From: an uncultured Actinomycetes bacterium
Lineage (GTDB): Bacteria > Actinomycetota > Actinomycetes > S36-B12
Assembly: GCA_913057155.1 (NCBI GenBank)
Contig: CAJXNV010000003.1
Span: 1-49,167 of the forward strand
Direction of reading: 5' to 3'
Length of the DNA stretch: 49,167 nt
The notes below the pieces were generated by a model. That model was not told the DNA's origin. It was given only the letters and a program-made list of their open reading frames with translations, and ran no database searches. This document shows, in pieces, positions 31,668 through 40,425 of the stretch (its first letter is position 1; every line of letters starts with the position of its first letter). The translations under genes were made by a program, and so were the position numbers.

Positions 31668-32582
31668 ATGAAGGCCGGGGACACGCTCACCGACGATGCT
31701 TGCTCGCGCCAGTCGCTAGCGGCGGTCGAACCGCTCGCCGGTAGTGCACCGCAGGCCAGCGCCTGGCTCGTGCTCGAGGAGCCCGGACCTTGGGGCAAGG
31801 ACGCGCTGCGTGGGTCGCCTATCCCCGATTCGGTCGCGGACTGGGCCGAGTCGCTGCGCGCCGATCACGGGGTACGCACGATCGCGGCCCGACACCCCAG
31901 TAGGCGACGCCTTCGCCCAGGCGAGCCGCGACACGTGTGGCTGGCCACGACCCATCCCGGGCGCCAGCAGTTGCGCCATGTGCTCGTCGATCGGCTCGAG
32001 GAGGTTCTCGAATGGGATCGCTCCCTACTCGCCGGCGCGAACATGCCGATGATCGGTGAGCCGGCGGACGGATCCATCGAGTTCATCTGTACGCACAGCG
32101 GCCGCGATGCGTGCTGCGCGGTCCTCGGCCGTCAGGAAGTCACCCGCACACCGGGCGCATGGGAGTGCAGCCACCTCGGTGGGCATCGTTTCGCAGCGAC
32201 GTCCCTGGTCCTGCCCGATGGCAACTGCTTCGGCCGCCTAGGGCCGAATTCGGCCCGGGACACCACCCACCTGCGTGGCGCGACCCATCTGCCCGCCGAC
32301 CTCCAGGTAGCCGAGATCGCCGTGCGCAAGCAGGAAGGCCTAGACCCGTCGGCGCCGTTATGGACTTCCCCCGCACCGATGGACGTGGTCGCCAGCCAAG
32401 ACACGGACGAACGGGTGTCCACCGCCGATGTCCATGACGGCCAGGCAGGTCACTGGCGCGTGCACTGTGCACAGCAGACCATCTCAGCCCCCGCGTCGTG
32501 TCATACCCTGCCCACCGAACGCAGCATCTGGCGAGCCGTCCGAGTACAGGCGGTACAGGAGGAATCCACGCATGGCCGTTGA
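31668..32582 (+). CDS. sucrase/ferredoxin-like [2Fe-2S] protein
   Basis: WLVLEEPGPWG, CTHSGRDACC, WECSHLGGHRFA; alternative start ATG 31635. Confidence 0.9.
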   Translation: MKAGDTLTDDACSRQSLAAVEPLAGSAPQASAWLVLEEPGPWGKDALRGSPIPDSVADWAESLRADHGVRTIAARHPSRRRLRPGEPRHVWLATTHPGRQQLRHVLVDRLEEVLEWDRSLLAGANMPMIGEPADGSIEFICTHSGRDACCAVLGRQEVTRTPGAWECSHLGGHRFAATSLVLPDGNCFGRLGPNSARDTTHLRGATHLPADLQVAEIAVRKQEGLDPSAPLWTSPAPMDVVASQDTDERVSTADVHDGQAGHWRVHCAQQTISAPASCHTLPTERSIWRAVRVQAVQEESTHGR

Positions 32583-33120
32583 ATCCACACGCACACCGAT
32601 CTCGTCCCTGCCCAGCGTGCACCTGCCCGATCTCACCGGCGCGACCATCGACCTCGATGCATTGGCTTCGGGTCGACCGACCGTCGTCGTCTTCGCATGC
32701 AACCACTGCCCGTACGTGCGTTCGGTGGAACAGGCCCTCGGCGGCATCGCTGCACACAACTCCGACGTCACCTGGGTGGCTATCTGCAGCAACGACGCCG
32801 ATGCCTACCCCGACGACGACGTTGCCGGCCTACGCGAGCAGGTAGCGCGCGCTGGCTGGAACTTTCCCTACCTGGTCGATGCCGACCAATCGGTCGCCCG
32901 GGCCTTCGGAGCGGTGTGCACTCCGGACTTCTTCGTCTTCGACGCCACCGGGCAACTGGTCTACCGGGGCGCTATGGATGATGCTCGCCCCAAGCAACCC
33001 CAACCGGTCGATGGCGCCCACTTGGACGCTGCACTCAGCGCCGCACGGCAGGGGCGATCGTTCACGGGAGGCAAGCCGGCGATGGGCTGCGGCATCAAAT
33101 GGCGGGATGTCACTGCGTAG
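32572..33120 (+). CDS. thioredoxin-fold (AhpC/TSA-like) protein
   Basis: CNHCPYV, FPYLVD..Q.VA, CTPDFF, YRG..DD, GCGIKW; AGGAGG SD. Confidence 0.92.
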   Translation: MAVESTRTPISSLPSVHLPDLTGATIDLDALASGRPTVVVFACNHCPYVRSVEQALGGIAAHNSDVTWVAICSNDADAYPDDDVAGLREQVARAGWNFPYLVDADQSVARAFGAVCTPDFFVFDATGQLVYRGAMDDARPKQPQPVDGAHLDAALSAARQGRSFTGGKPAMGCGIKWRDVTA

Positions 33121-34465
33121 TCGTAGCTACCCGCAGCAACTCCGCACGGTCGTGCACCGTCACGCGTTCCTTGCCCGAAGCAGCGCCGCGCTGTTGCTCG
33201 ACTAGATCGATAGCCCGCCAGCCCGGCACGCCCACGACGGCGATACCGCGTGCCCGCAGTTCGTCCACGAGATCGGTATCGGTGCCCGACCCGTTGCCCA
33301 CGCTGCCCGATTCGACGTCCTCCATGAGCGAACCGACGGTCTGCACAGCACACTTCTTGTTGGTGCCGATGATCCCCGAAGGCCCCCGCTTGATCCACCC
33401 GGCCACATACAGCCCCGCGATGGGTGCGTCATCGTCGCCGAGGACGCGACCATCTAGATTCGGGATGACGCCCCGGGATTCATCGAAGGGGACCCCCGGC
33501 AGCGCAAGCCCCCGATAGCCGACGCTGCGCACGATCAAATCGACGTCCAAGTGCTCGTGCTCTCCGGTGTCGACGAGGGATCCATCCGCATCGAAGGTGG
33601 TGCGCTGGAGTTCGAGACCGGTGACCTGGTCCTCGCCGATGATCTGCGTGGGTCGTGCGAAGAAGTGCACGGTGATCTGCACCGCCGCATCGGGGCGCGG
33701 TGCACGTTCGGCCCATTCGGCAAGCACCTTGACGTTCCGAGCGGCCACCTTGTTCTCGGCAACCGCGGCCTCGCTGATGCTGTCGAGTTCCACATCCGCG
33801 GGGGTAACGACGACATCGGCGTCGGCTAGCTCGCCGAGCTCCTTGAGTTCCTTGGTGGTGAACGACGCCTGTGCGGGGCCGCGCCTGCCGATCAAGTGCA
33901 CCTGCTCCACCGGAGCCGCAGCGAGTGTGGCGAGCACGTGATCGGGCATATCGGTGTGGGCGAGTTCCTCCGGGGACTTGCTCAGCACCCGAACGACATC
34001 TACCGCGACGTTCCCCACTCCGACGACGGCTACCGAACGTACCCGCCTGAGCAGGTCATCGAAGTCCGGTCCGCGGTAGTCCGGATGGCCGGTGTACCAG
34101 GCCACGAGATCGGTGGCAGCCACGCTGCCGGGCAGATCCTCCCCCGGAACCGCCAGCCTTCGATCCGAGGACGCACCGTAAGTGAGCACCACGGCGTCGT
34201 ATGCCGCGCGCAATTCGTCGATGGAGACATCCGAGCCGACCTCGACGTTCCCGACGAAGCGAACGCCTTCGCGATCCCACACCCGATCCAAGGTGTTGCG
34301 TACCGACCTGATGCTCAAGTGGTCGGGAGCAACGCCATAGCGCACGAGGCCGAACGGCACCGGGAGCTTGTCGTATACATCGACCGCCGCACCGCGATCG
34401 TTCAAGGCCTCCGCTGCATACAGGCCCGAAGGCCCGGAACCGACCACAGCGACACGGATACCCAC
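33110..34465 (-). CDS. fprA: NADPH-ferredoxin reductase (FprA/adrenodoxin-reductase type)
   Basis: VGSGPSG, PFGLVRYGVAPDH, GVGNVAVD, GWIKRGPSGIIGTN. Confidence 0.92.
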   Translation of the reverse strand: MGIRVAVVGSGPSGLYAAEALNDRGAAVDVYDKLPVPFGLVRYGVAPDHLSIRSVRNTLDRVWDREGVRFVGNVEVGSDVSIDELRAAYDAVVLTYGASSDRRLAVPGEDLPGSVAATDLVAWYTGHPDYRGPDFDDLLRRVRSVAVVGVGNVAVDVVRVLSKSPEELAHTDMPDHVLATLAAAPVEQVHLIGRRGPAQASFTTKELKELGELADADVVVTPADVELDSISEAAVAENKVAARNVKVLAEWAERAPRPDAAVQITVHFFARPTQIIGEDQVTGLELQRTTFDADGSLVDTGEHEHLDVDLIVRSVGYRGLALPGVPFDESRGVIPNLDGRVLGDDDAPIAGLYVAGWIKRGPSGIIGTNKKCAVQTVGSLMEDVESGSVGNGSGTDTDLVDELRARGIAVVGVPGWRAIDLVEQQRGAASGKERVTVHDRAELLRVATTTQ

Positions 34466-34483
34466 GCGTGCACAGTAGTCGCT

Positions 34484-34564
34484 GCATTCGCTACCTCAAG
34501 CGGGGACAACCGAGAAGACTCACGAAAGCGCGGATTCGTCCCGCGGGTAGGAAAGCCCGAATGC
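34484..34564. other. long interrupted inverted repeat (81 nt) filling the parE-fprA intergenic space
   Basis: GCATTCG/CGAATGC, CTACC/GGTAG and GCGGGGAC/GTCCCGC nested pairings. Confidence 0.6.
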
Positions 34565-36679
34565 TCAGGTGTCGATCCGCGCCCGATCCAACTCGCGTGC
34601 CCCGGCGATGATGAATTCCTTGCGAGGTGCCACGAGTTCACCCATGAGCAGATCGAACACTTCGCTGGAAGCGGCGCCATCGGCACTGGTGATACGCCGC
34701 AGCGTCCGCTTCGAGGGATCCATGGTCGTCTCGCGCAACTGACCGGCATCCATCTCACCGAGACCCTTGTACCGCTGCACTGGATCCTTGACCTTGCGAC
34801 CCTTGGCTTCGGCACGGGCGACGATGCTGTGCATCTCGGCATCGGTGTAGGCGTAGACCACTTCCGGGCCGCCCTTGCCCGATGTCTCGATCCGATGCAA
34901 GGGGGGCACCGCCGCGAACACCTTGCCCGCCTCGATGAGGCCGGGTAGGTATCGGTGGATCAAGGTCAACAGCAGACAGCGGATGTGCGCCCCATCGACG
35001 TCGGCGTCGGACATCAAGATGACCTTGTCGTAGCGCACCTGCTCGATATCGAAGCTCTTCCCGGAGCCGGCTCCGATCACCTGGATGATGGCCGCGCATT
35101 CGGCGTTCTTGAGCATGTCCGACAAGCTGGCCTTCTGGACGTTGAGGATCTTCCCGCGGATCGGCAGCAGCGCCTGGAAGTCGGCGTCTCGCGCCGTCTT
35201 GGCAGTACCCAGGGCGCTGTCGCCCTCCACGATGAACAGTTCCGTGCCCTCGGATCCGGCGCGACGGCAATCGACCAGCTTCGCCGGAAGCGAGGATGTC
35301 TCCAGTGCGCTCTTGCGCCGCTGGGTATCCCGGTGCGCACGGGCCGCCAACCGAGTACGCATGGCGGCGGCGACCTTCTCCAAGACCGCCTTGGCAGCGG
35401 CCTTCTCACCGCGCGGGGGTTTGGTGAAGTAGGCGGCCAATTCCTTGGACACCACGTTGCCGACGATGCGCGATACGGCGGGTGTGCCGAGGATCTCCTT
35501 GGTCTGCCCCTCGAACTGCGGTTCGGCCAAGCGCACGGTCACGACCGCCGTCAGGCCTTCGAGGGCGTCTTCCTTCGTGATCGCCGATTCAGATGCCTTC
35601 AGGATCCGCGCGGCCTTGAGTTGCTCGTTGATCACCTTCACCAGCGCCCGCTCGAAGCCGGCAACATGCGTCCCACCGAGCGGGGTTGCGATCACGTTGA
35701 CGAAGGAACGCAGTTGGGTCTCGTAGCCCTCGTCCCACTGCAATGCGATATCGACGCCGAGATCGCGCTCCACTTCCCGGGAGTCGAGGTGACCCTTGTC
35801 ATCGAGGACCGGCACGGTCTCGTGGAAGTGCCCACTGCCGCGCAGCTGGATGATCGAGCACACCGGGGTGCCCTGGCTGAGGTAACCCACGTACTCCTGC
35901 AGCCCGCCCTTGTGCTGCAGGACCTCCTCCCAGCGATCCTCCGGGTCGCGTTCGTCGCGCACCGTGATCGTCAGACCGGGAACGAGGAACGTGCTTTGCA
36001 CCGCCCTTTCGCGCAGCGACTGCCGGTCGTACTCGGCGTCCTTGGTGAAGACCTGCGGATCGGCCCACCAGCGCACCCGGGTACCCGTTCGGGTGCGAGG
36101 TGCCTTGCCGACTACTTCCAGCCCACTCTTGCGCGAGAACCCCGCATCGGGGCCCGGTGCCTCGAATACCCCCGGGACTCCGCGGCGAAAGGACATGCCG
36201 TAGGTCTTGCCGGCCCGATCGACCTCGATATCGAGCCGGGCGCTCAGCGCATTGACCACCGACGCCCCGACTCCGTGCAGGCCACCGGAGGCCGCATAGG
36301 AGCCGCCACCGAACTTGCCGCCGGCGTGCAATTTGGTCATGACGACCTCGACGCCGGTGAGCTTGGTCTTGGGCTCCTTGTCCACGGGTATGCCCCGACC
36401 GTTGTCGGCGACGCTGACGGCGCCGTCTGCCTCGAGGACGATCTCGATACGTGAACAGTGGCCGGCGAGTGCCTCGTCGACCGCGTTGTCGACGATCTCC
36501 CATAGACAGTGCATCAGGCCGCGGCTGTCGTTGCTGCCGATGTACATCCCCGGCCGCTTGCGAACCGCATCGAGGCCCTCGAGGACGGCGAGGTCGCGAG
36601 CCGAGTACGCCTCCCGCCCGGCCGTCTTGGCCGATGCCTTTCGGGTGTTCGCGCCGCCAGAACGCTTGCCGGTAGCCAT
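34565..36679 (-). CDS. parE: DNA topoisomerase IV subunit B (GyrB paralogue)
   Basis: LDAVRKRPGMYIG, EIVDNAVDE, DNGRGIP, EGDSA, PIRGKILN, DADVDG, RYKGLGEM; ATG 36679 follows TACTGT. Confidence 0.9.
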   Translation of the reverse strand: MATGKRSGGANTRKASAKTAGREAYSARDLAVLEGLDAVRKRPGMYIGSNDSRGLMHCLWEIVDNAVDEALAGHCSRIEIVLEADGAVSVADNGRGIPVDKEPKTKLTGVEVVMTKLHAGGKFGGGSYAASGGLHGVGASVVNALSARLDIEVDRAGKTYGMSFRRGVPGVFEAPGPDAGFSRKSGLEVVGKAPRTRTGTRVRWWADPQVFTKDAEYDRQSLRERAVQSTFLVPGLTITVRDERDPEDRWEEVLQHKGGLQEYVGYLSQGTPVCSIIQLRGSGHFHETVPVLDDKGHLDSREVERDLGVDIALQWDEGYETQLRSFVNVIATPLGGTHVAGFERALVKVINEQLKAARILKASESAITKEDALEGLTAVVTVRLAEPQFEGQTKEILGTPAVSRIVGNVVSKELAAYFTKPPRGEKAAAKAVLEKVAAAMRTRLAARAHRDTQRRKSALETSSLPAKLVDCRRAGSEGTELFIVEGDSALGTAKTARDADFQALLPIRGKILNVQKASLSDMLKNAECAAIIQVIGAGSGKSFDIEQVRYDKVILMSDADVDGAHIRCLLLTLIHRYLPGLIEAGKVFAAVPPLHRIETSGKGGPEVVYAYTDAEMHSIVARAEAKGRKVKDPVQRYKGLGEMDAGQLRETTMDPSKRTLRRITSADGAASSEVFDLLMGELVAPRKEFIIAGARELDRARIDT

Positions 36680-36860
36680 CGGCCGAACAGTAGTCGTGCC
36701 GGGCACGGGGAACCGGTTGCGCCTCGCGGGTCCGCCTATCGGGCGCGTGGGCCGATTTCGCCGCTGGCGAAGCGCACCGCGCCTACCGCGCCCGAGGCCC
36801 TGAGTCGTGTAAGACTAGCGATCCGACAGGGGCACCGGCCCCGACCAGCTAGGAGGTGCC

Positions 36861-37076
36861 ATGACCACGACGCTTACGGCTCCCGAACTCAGTTCCATGG
36901 ACCGCTGCGACCGCTGCGGAGCCCAGGCCTATGTACGCGTCGTCCTTACCGGTGGCACCGACTTGCAGTTCTGCGGACATCACTGGTCCCGTCACGAGGA
37001 AGCCCTGCGGCCGCAAGCCGAGCACATCGTCGACGAGACGCACCGTCTAGCCGAGGCGCCGGTCTCCGGCGAGTAG
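36861..37076 (+). CDS. small putative zinc-binding protein (DUF7455-like)
   Basis: DRCDRCGAQAY...FCGHH; AGGAGG SD; typical neighbour of parE. Confidence 0.85.
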   Translation: MTTTLTAPELSSMDRCDRCGAQAYVRVVLTGGTDLQFCGHHWSRHEEALRPQAEHIVDETHRLAEAPVSGE

Positions 37077-37083
37077 CACCGGA

Positions 37084-37863
37084 TCACTCCCCGGTGAATT
37101 CCGGGCTGCGTCGTTCGTGGAAGGCAGCTAGTCCTTCGGCGTAATCACGCGATGTCCACGCTCGGGTGCGCAGCACGGCTAGCCGCTCGAAGGTATCGCT
37201 ACTCAAGGTCCGTGATTCGGTCAAGGCCGCCATTTCCGCCTTGATCGCGCGCACCGCCAACGGTGCCCGGGTGGCGATGCGCTCGGCCAACGCCATCGCA
37301 CTCGCCGCCATCTCGTCGCGGTCGCCGACCAGCCGATTCACGACCCCGTACAAGGCGGCCTGTTCGGCGGTGATGGGGTCGGCGGTGAAGAACATCTCCT
37401 TGGCCACATGCAAGGGCAGGGCACTGACGAAGTGGCTGACGCCGGCCGTGTTGTAGGGGATCCCGAGTCGTGTCGGGGTGATCGCGAAGCTGGCCGTTCG
37501 CACGGCGACGACGAGATCGCAGGTGAGCACGAGATCGCAGGCGCCACCCCATACGGACCCGTCCACCGCGGCAATGACCGGGAACGGGGCATCCCGGACC
37601 GCCCGCAGGGCCTCCTCCAGCGGGTTGTCCCAGGTCAGCGGGTCGCGGTCGCCGTGCGGTAGTTCGTCGATGTCATGACCGGCCGACCAGACCCCCGCGG
37701 CCGGACTCGCCTGCACGATCACCGCACGCATGCCCTCCTGCGCGGCTGCGGAGAGTTCGGCGACGAATTCACCGAGCAACGCGGCACTGAGCGCATTGCG
37801 GCGATCGGGCTCGTCCAGCGTGAGCGTTCGGACGTGCGCAGCGTCCTGCCGCACGATGGGCAT
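37084..37863 (-). CDS. scpB: methylmalonyl-CoA decarboxylase (crotonase fold, biotin-independent)
   Basis: WSAGHDIDELP.GDRDPL.WD.PL, GSVWGGA, TP..LGIPYN resemble E. coli ScpB/YgfG. Confidence 0.85.
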   Translation of the reverse strand: MPIVRQDAAHVRTLTLDEPDRRNALSAALLGEFVAELSAAAQEGMRAVIVQASPAAGVWSAGHDIDELPHGDRDPLTWDNPLEEALRAVRDAPFPVIAAVDGSVWGGACDLVLTCDLVVAVRTASFAITPTRLGIPYNTAGVSHFVSALPLHVAKEMFFTADPITAEQAALYGVVNRLVGDRDEMAASAMALAERIATRAPLAVRAIKAEMAALTESRTLSSDTFERLAVLRTRAWTSRDYAEGLAAFHERRSPEFTGE

Positions 37864-37867
37864 GCGC

Positions 37868-39394
37868 CTAGTCCAGGTAGTCGCGCAGCACCTGCGAACG
37901 CGATGGGTGCCGCAGCTTGGACATCGTCTTGGACTCTATTTGCCGAATTCGCTCGCGCGTGACGCCGTAGACCTTCCCTATCTCATCGAGGGTCTTGGGT
38001 TGCCCGTCGGTGAGTCCGAATCGCATCCGCACTACGCCGGCTTCCCGATCCGACAAGGTCTCCAACACCGACTCGAGCTGTTCTTGCAGCAGCGTGAAGG
38101 AGACGGCGTCGCTGGGCACGATCGCCTCGGAGTCCTCGATGAGGTCGCCGAATTCGCTGTCGCCCTCCTCACCCAACGGGGTGTGCAAGGAGATCGGCTC
38201 ACGTCCGTACTTTTGGACTTCGACGACCTTCTCGGGTGTCATGTCCAATTCGCGCGCTAATTCCTCCGGCGTCGGCTCGCGTCCGAGATCCTGCAGCATC
38301 TGGCGCTGTACGCGCGCTAGCTTGTTGATGACCTCGACCATGTGCACGGGAATGCGGATGGTGCGCGCCTGGTCGGCCATCGCACGGGTGATCGCTTGCC
38401 GGATCCACCAGGTGGCGTACGTGGAGAACTTGTAGCCCTTGGTGTAGTCGAACTTCTCGACAGCGCGGATCAGGCCGAGGTTGCCCTCTTGGATGAGGTC
38501 GAGGAACAACATCCCGCGACCGGTGTATCGCTTGGCGAGCGAGACCACCAGGCGCAGGTTCGCCTCGAGCAGGTGGTTCTTGGCGTTTCGACCATCGCGG
38601 GCGATCCACTCCAGATTGCGCTTGAGGGTCTTGTCCATCTTGCCGCCCTCGGCGAGCTTCTCCTCCGCGAACAGCCCGGCTTCGATCCGCTTGGCGAGCT
38701 CGACCTCCTGCTCGGCGTTCAGCAGCGCCACCTTGCCGATCTGCTTGAGGTAGTCCTTGACCGGATCGGCGGTCGCGCCGGCGACGGTGACCGTCTGGAC
38801 CGGCTCGTCGGTGTCGTCTACATCCGAGAGCACGAACTCGGCTCCGTCGGAGCTCTCTTCCTTCTCCTCGGTCGCGACTTCGGCGAGGTCGGCCTCGAGA
38901 TCGGCCTCTAGTTCGGCTTCGAGATCGGCCGCCTTCTTCAAGTCGACGTCCGCTCCTTCATCGACCTCGACCAATCCGGCTTCGGTTTCCACCACCTCGA
39001 CGACCTCGGCGGAACCGGCGGCTTGCTTCTTGGCGGGTGCGGTCTCCTTCGTTGCCTTCTTCGTCGTGCTCTTGGCAGGCGCGGCCTTCTTCACTGCCTT
39101 CTTAGCGGCCTTCTTAGCGGCAGCCTTCTTGACCGGAGCGCTCTTTTGGGTGGCCTTCTTCGTCGCCTTCTTGGCTGCAACCTTCTTGGCCGGAGCGCTC
39201 TTCTTGGCCACGCTCTTCTTAGCCACGGTCTTCTTCGCCGGTGCGCTCTTCTTGGTCGCGGTCTTCTTGGCAGTTGCCTTCTTGGCCGGAGCGCTCTTCT
39301 TGGCCGCGGCTTTCTTGGCCGGCGCGCTCTTCTTCGTTGCCGGCTTCTTGGCGGGCTTCTTGGTGGCGGCTGGCGACATGATCGGGCGGGGCAC
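37868..39394 (-). CDS. sigA: principal RNA polymerase sigma factor (SigA/HrdB)
   Basis: [58 protein letters not shown]; start uncertain (GTG 39394 or ATG 39379). Confidence 0.97.
   Translation of the reverse strand: MPRPIMSPAATKKPAKKPATKKSAPAKKAAAKKSAPAKKATAKKTATKKSAPAKKTVAKKSVAKKSAPAKKVAAKKATKKATQKSAPVKKAAAKKAAKKAVKKAAPAKSTTKKATKETAPAKKQAAGSAEVVEVVETEAGLVEVDEGADVDLKKAADLEAELEADLEADLAEVATEEKEESSDGAEFVLSDVDDTDEPVQTVTVAGATADPVKDYLKQIGKVALLNAEQEVELAKRIEAGLFAEEKLAEGGKMDKTLKRNLEWIARDGRNAKNHLLEANLRLVVSLAKRYTGRGMLFLDLIQEGNLGLIRAVEKFDYTKGYKFSTYATWWIRQAITRAMADQARTIRIPVHMVEVINKLARVQRQMLQDLGREPTPEELARELDMTPEKVVEVQKYGREPISLHTPLGEEGDSEFGDLIEDSEAIVPSDAVSFTLLQEQLESVLETLSDREAGVVRMRFGLTDGQPKTLDEIGKVYGVTRERIRQIESKTMSKLRHPSRSQVLRDYLD
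39030..39365 (-). repeat. Lys/Ala-rich low-complexity repeats in the sigma N-terminus
   Basis: KKSAPAKK x4 and many AKK units. Confidence 0.9.
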
Positions 39395-39479
39395 CTTTCG
39401 CTGGTTCGGCCACGAATAGAGCCCGAGTCAAGCCATTCGGCTTGCCGGGCGAGACCCCTAGTGTGCCACGGCCATCCGA

Positions 39480-40367
39480 CTAGGGCCGGATGACCCCCAC
39501 GGCCGAGCCGATCGGCACCTCGAGTTGCGCCTGCTGGGTCACCTGCTCGGTGATCGGGAAGGGACCGAGTTCGTCGACCCAGAATTCACCGTCCCACGCC
39601 GCCTGCACGCTGACCCGACTCGGGCCCGCTACCGAGAAGGCGTGCTGCACGCCCGGTCGTGGGTAGGCGCCGCCGGGGTCACCCGTTCGCACCGTCACCG
39701 GTTCACCTCGCGCTGGGGCGAATTGCCAGCTCCACCGCGCCCTGGCTCGGGTCCGTACCGCGAAGCCCACCACCTGGTCGTTCCACTCCACCTGCGCAGA
39801 TGGCTGACCGCTGCGGCAATGCAGGGGGATACCGACGACGGCTCCCCGCGGCGGTTCGCATACCGGTCGCAAGGGCGCGAGTCGGTGCGTGAAACCAGCG
39901 CGCACCGTCGATGTCGCCTCGGCGACCGAGACCGCTTCCCCATCGCTCGGGCAGAACATCCCGACCGGCTCTAGGTCCCGTCCCGGGGTCGCGAGCCAGA
40001 CCCTACGGATCTCCCGACCCTGCGGACAGCCCAGGATCACCCCACGACACACGGCGTCCTGGTGCCCGTCATCGACCAGGCACGGCATCGTGACCTTCCA
40101 TCGGCAACCTGGACACGAAGCCGCCCGATGTCGGGTCCACGCCGATACCGACGTCGGCAAGATCACCGCCCCGCTGCCGCTGTAGAGGTCGCGTTCGTCG
40201 TCCCCGATCACCCCGACCCCGACCGCGGGTCCCGAGTGCGGGGAAAGCGGGGAAAGCGCCGTGACTGCCGTGAGCACCAGACTCGCCGCGAGGGAGATCA
40301 GTGCACCTGCCAGCAGGCGGGCGCCTCGGGCATTAGTGCTAGCGGTCCTGCATCGAAAACGCGTCAT
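39480..40367 (-). CDS. hypothetical exported Cys-rich protein with a beta-rich (PKD-like) C-terminus
   Basis: N-terminal basic + hydrophobic segment, CPGC...C...C...C, W.WQF...HAF..AG pattern; TAACGT hexamer just before the ATG. Confidence 0.65.
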   Translation of the reverse strand: MTRFRCRTASTNARGARLLAGALISLAASLVLTAVTALSPLSPHSGPAVGVGVIGDDERDLYSGSGAVILPTSVSAWTRHRAASCPGCRWKVTMPCLVDDGHQDAVCRGVILGCPQGREIRRVWLATPGRDLEPVGMFCPSDGEAVSVAEATSTVRAGFTHRLAPLRPVCEPPRGAVVGIPLHCRSGQPSAQVEWNDQVVGFAVRTRARARWSWQFAPARGEPVTVRTGDPGGAYPRPGVQHAFSVAGPSRVSVQAAWDGEFWVDELGPFPITEQVTQQAQLEVPIGSAVGVIRP

Positions 40368-40425
40368 CCCCCGACGTTAGGAACGGCCGGGCGCAAGGCA
40401 CCAGCCCCGATTTCCTGCCTGTGGA

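Noticed and set aside
29171-36679. Split, convergent gyrA/gyrB-like genes as a novel topoisomerase or resistance allele
   Set aside because: Separated topo IV subunits near hrdB are the known actinomycete arrangement; the QRDR (HGDSAIYD) looks wild-type
39030-39365. Periodic TTCTT repeats resembling a CRISPR or satellite array
   Set aside because: They are Lys-Lys codons of the sigma N-terminal repeats; no constant repeat-spacer structure and no cas genes
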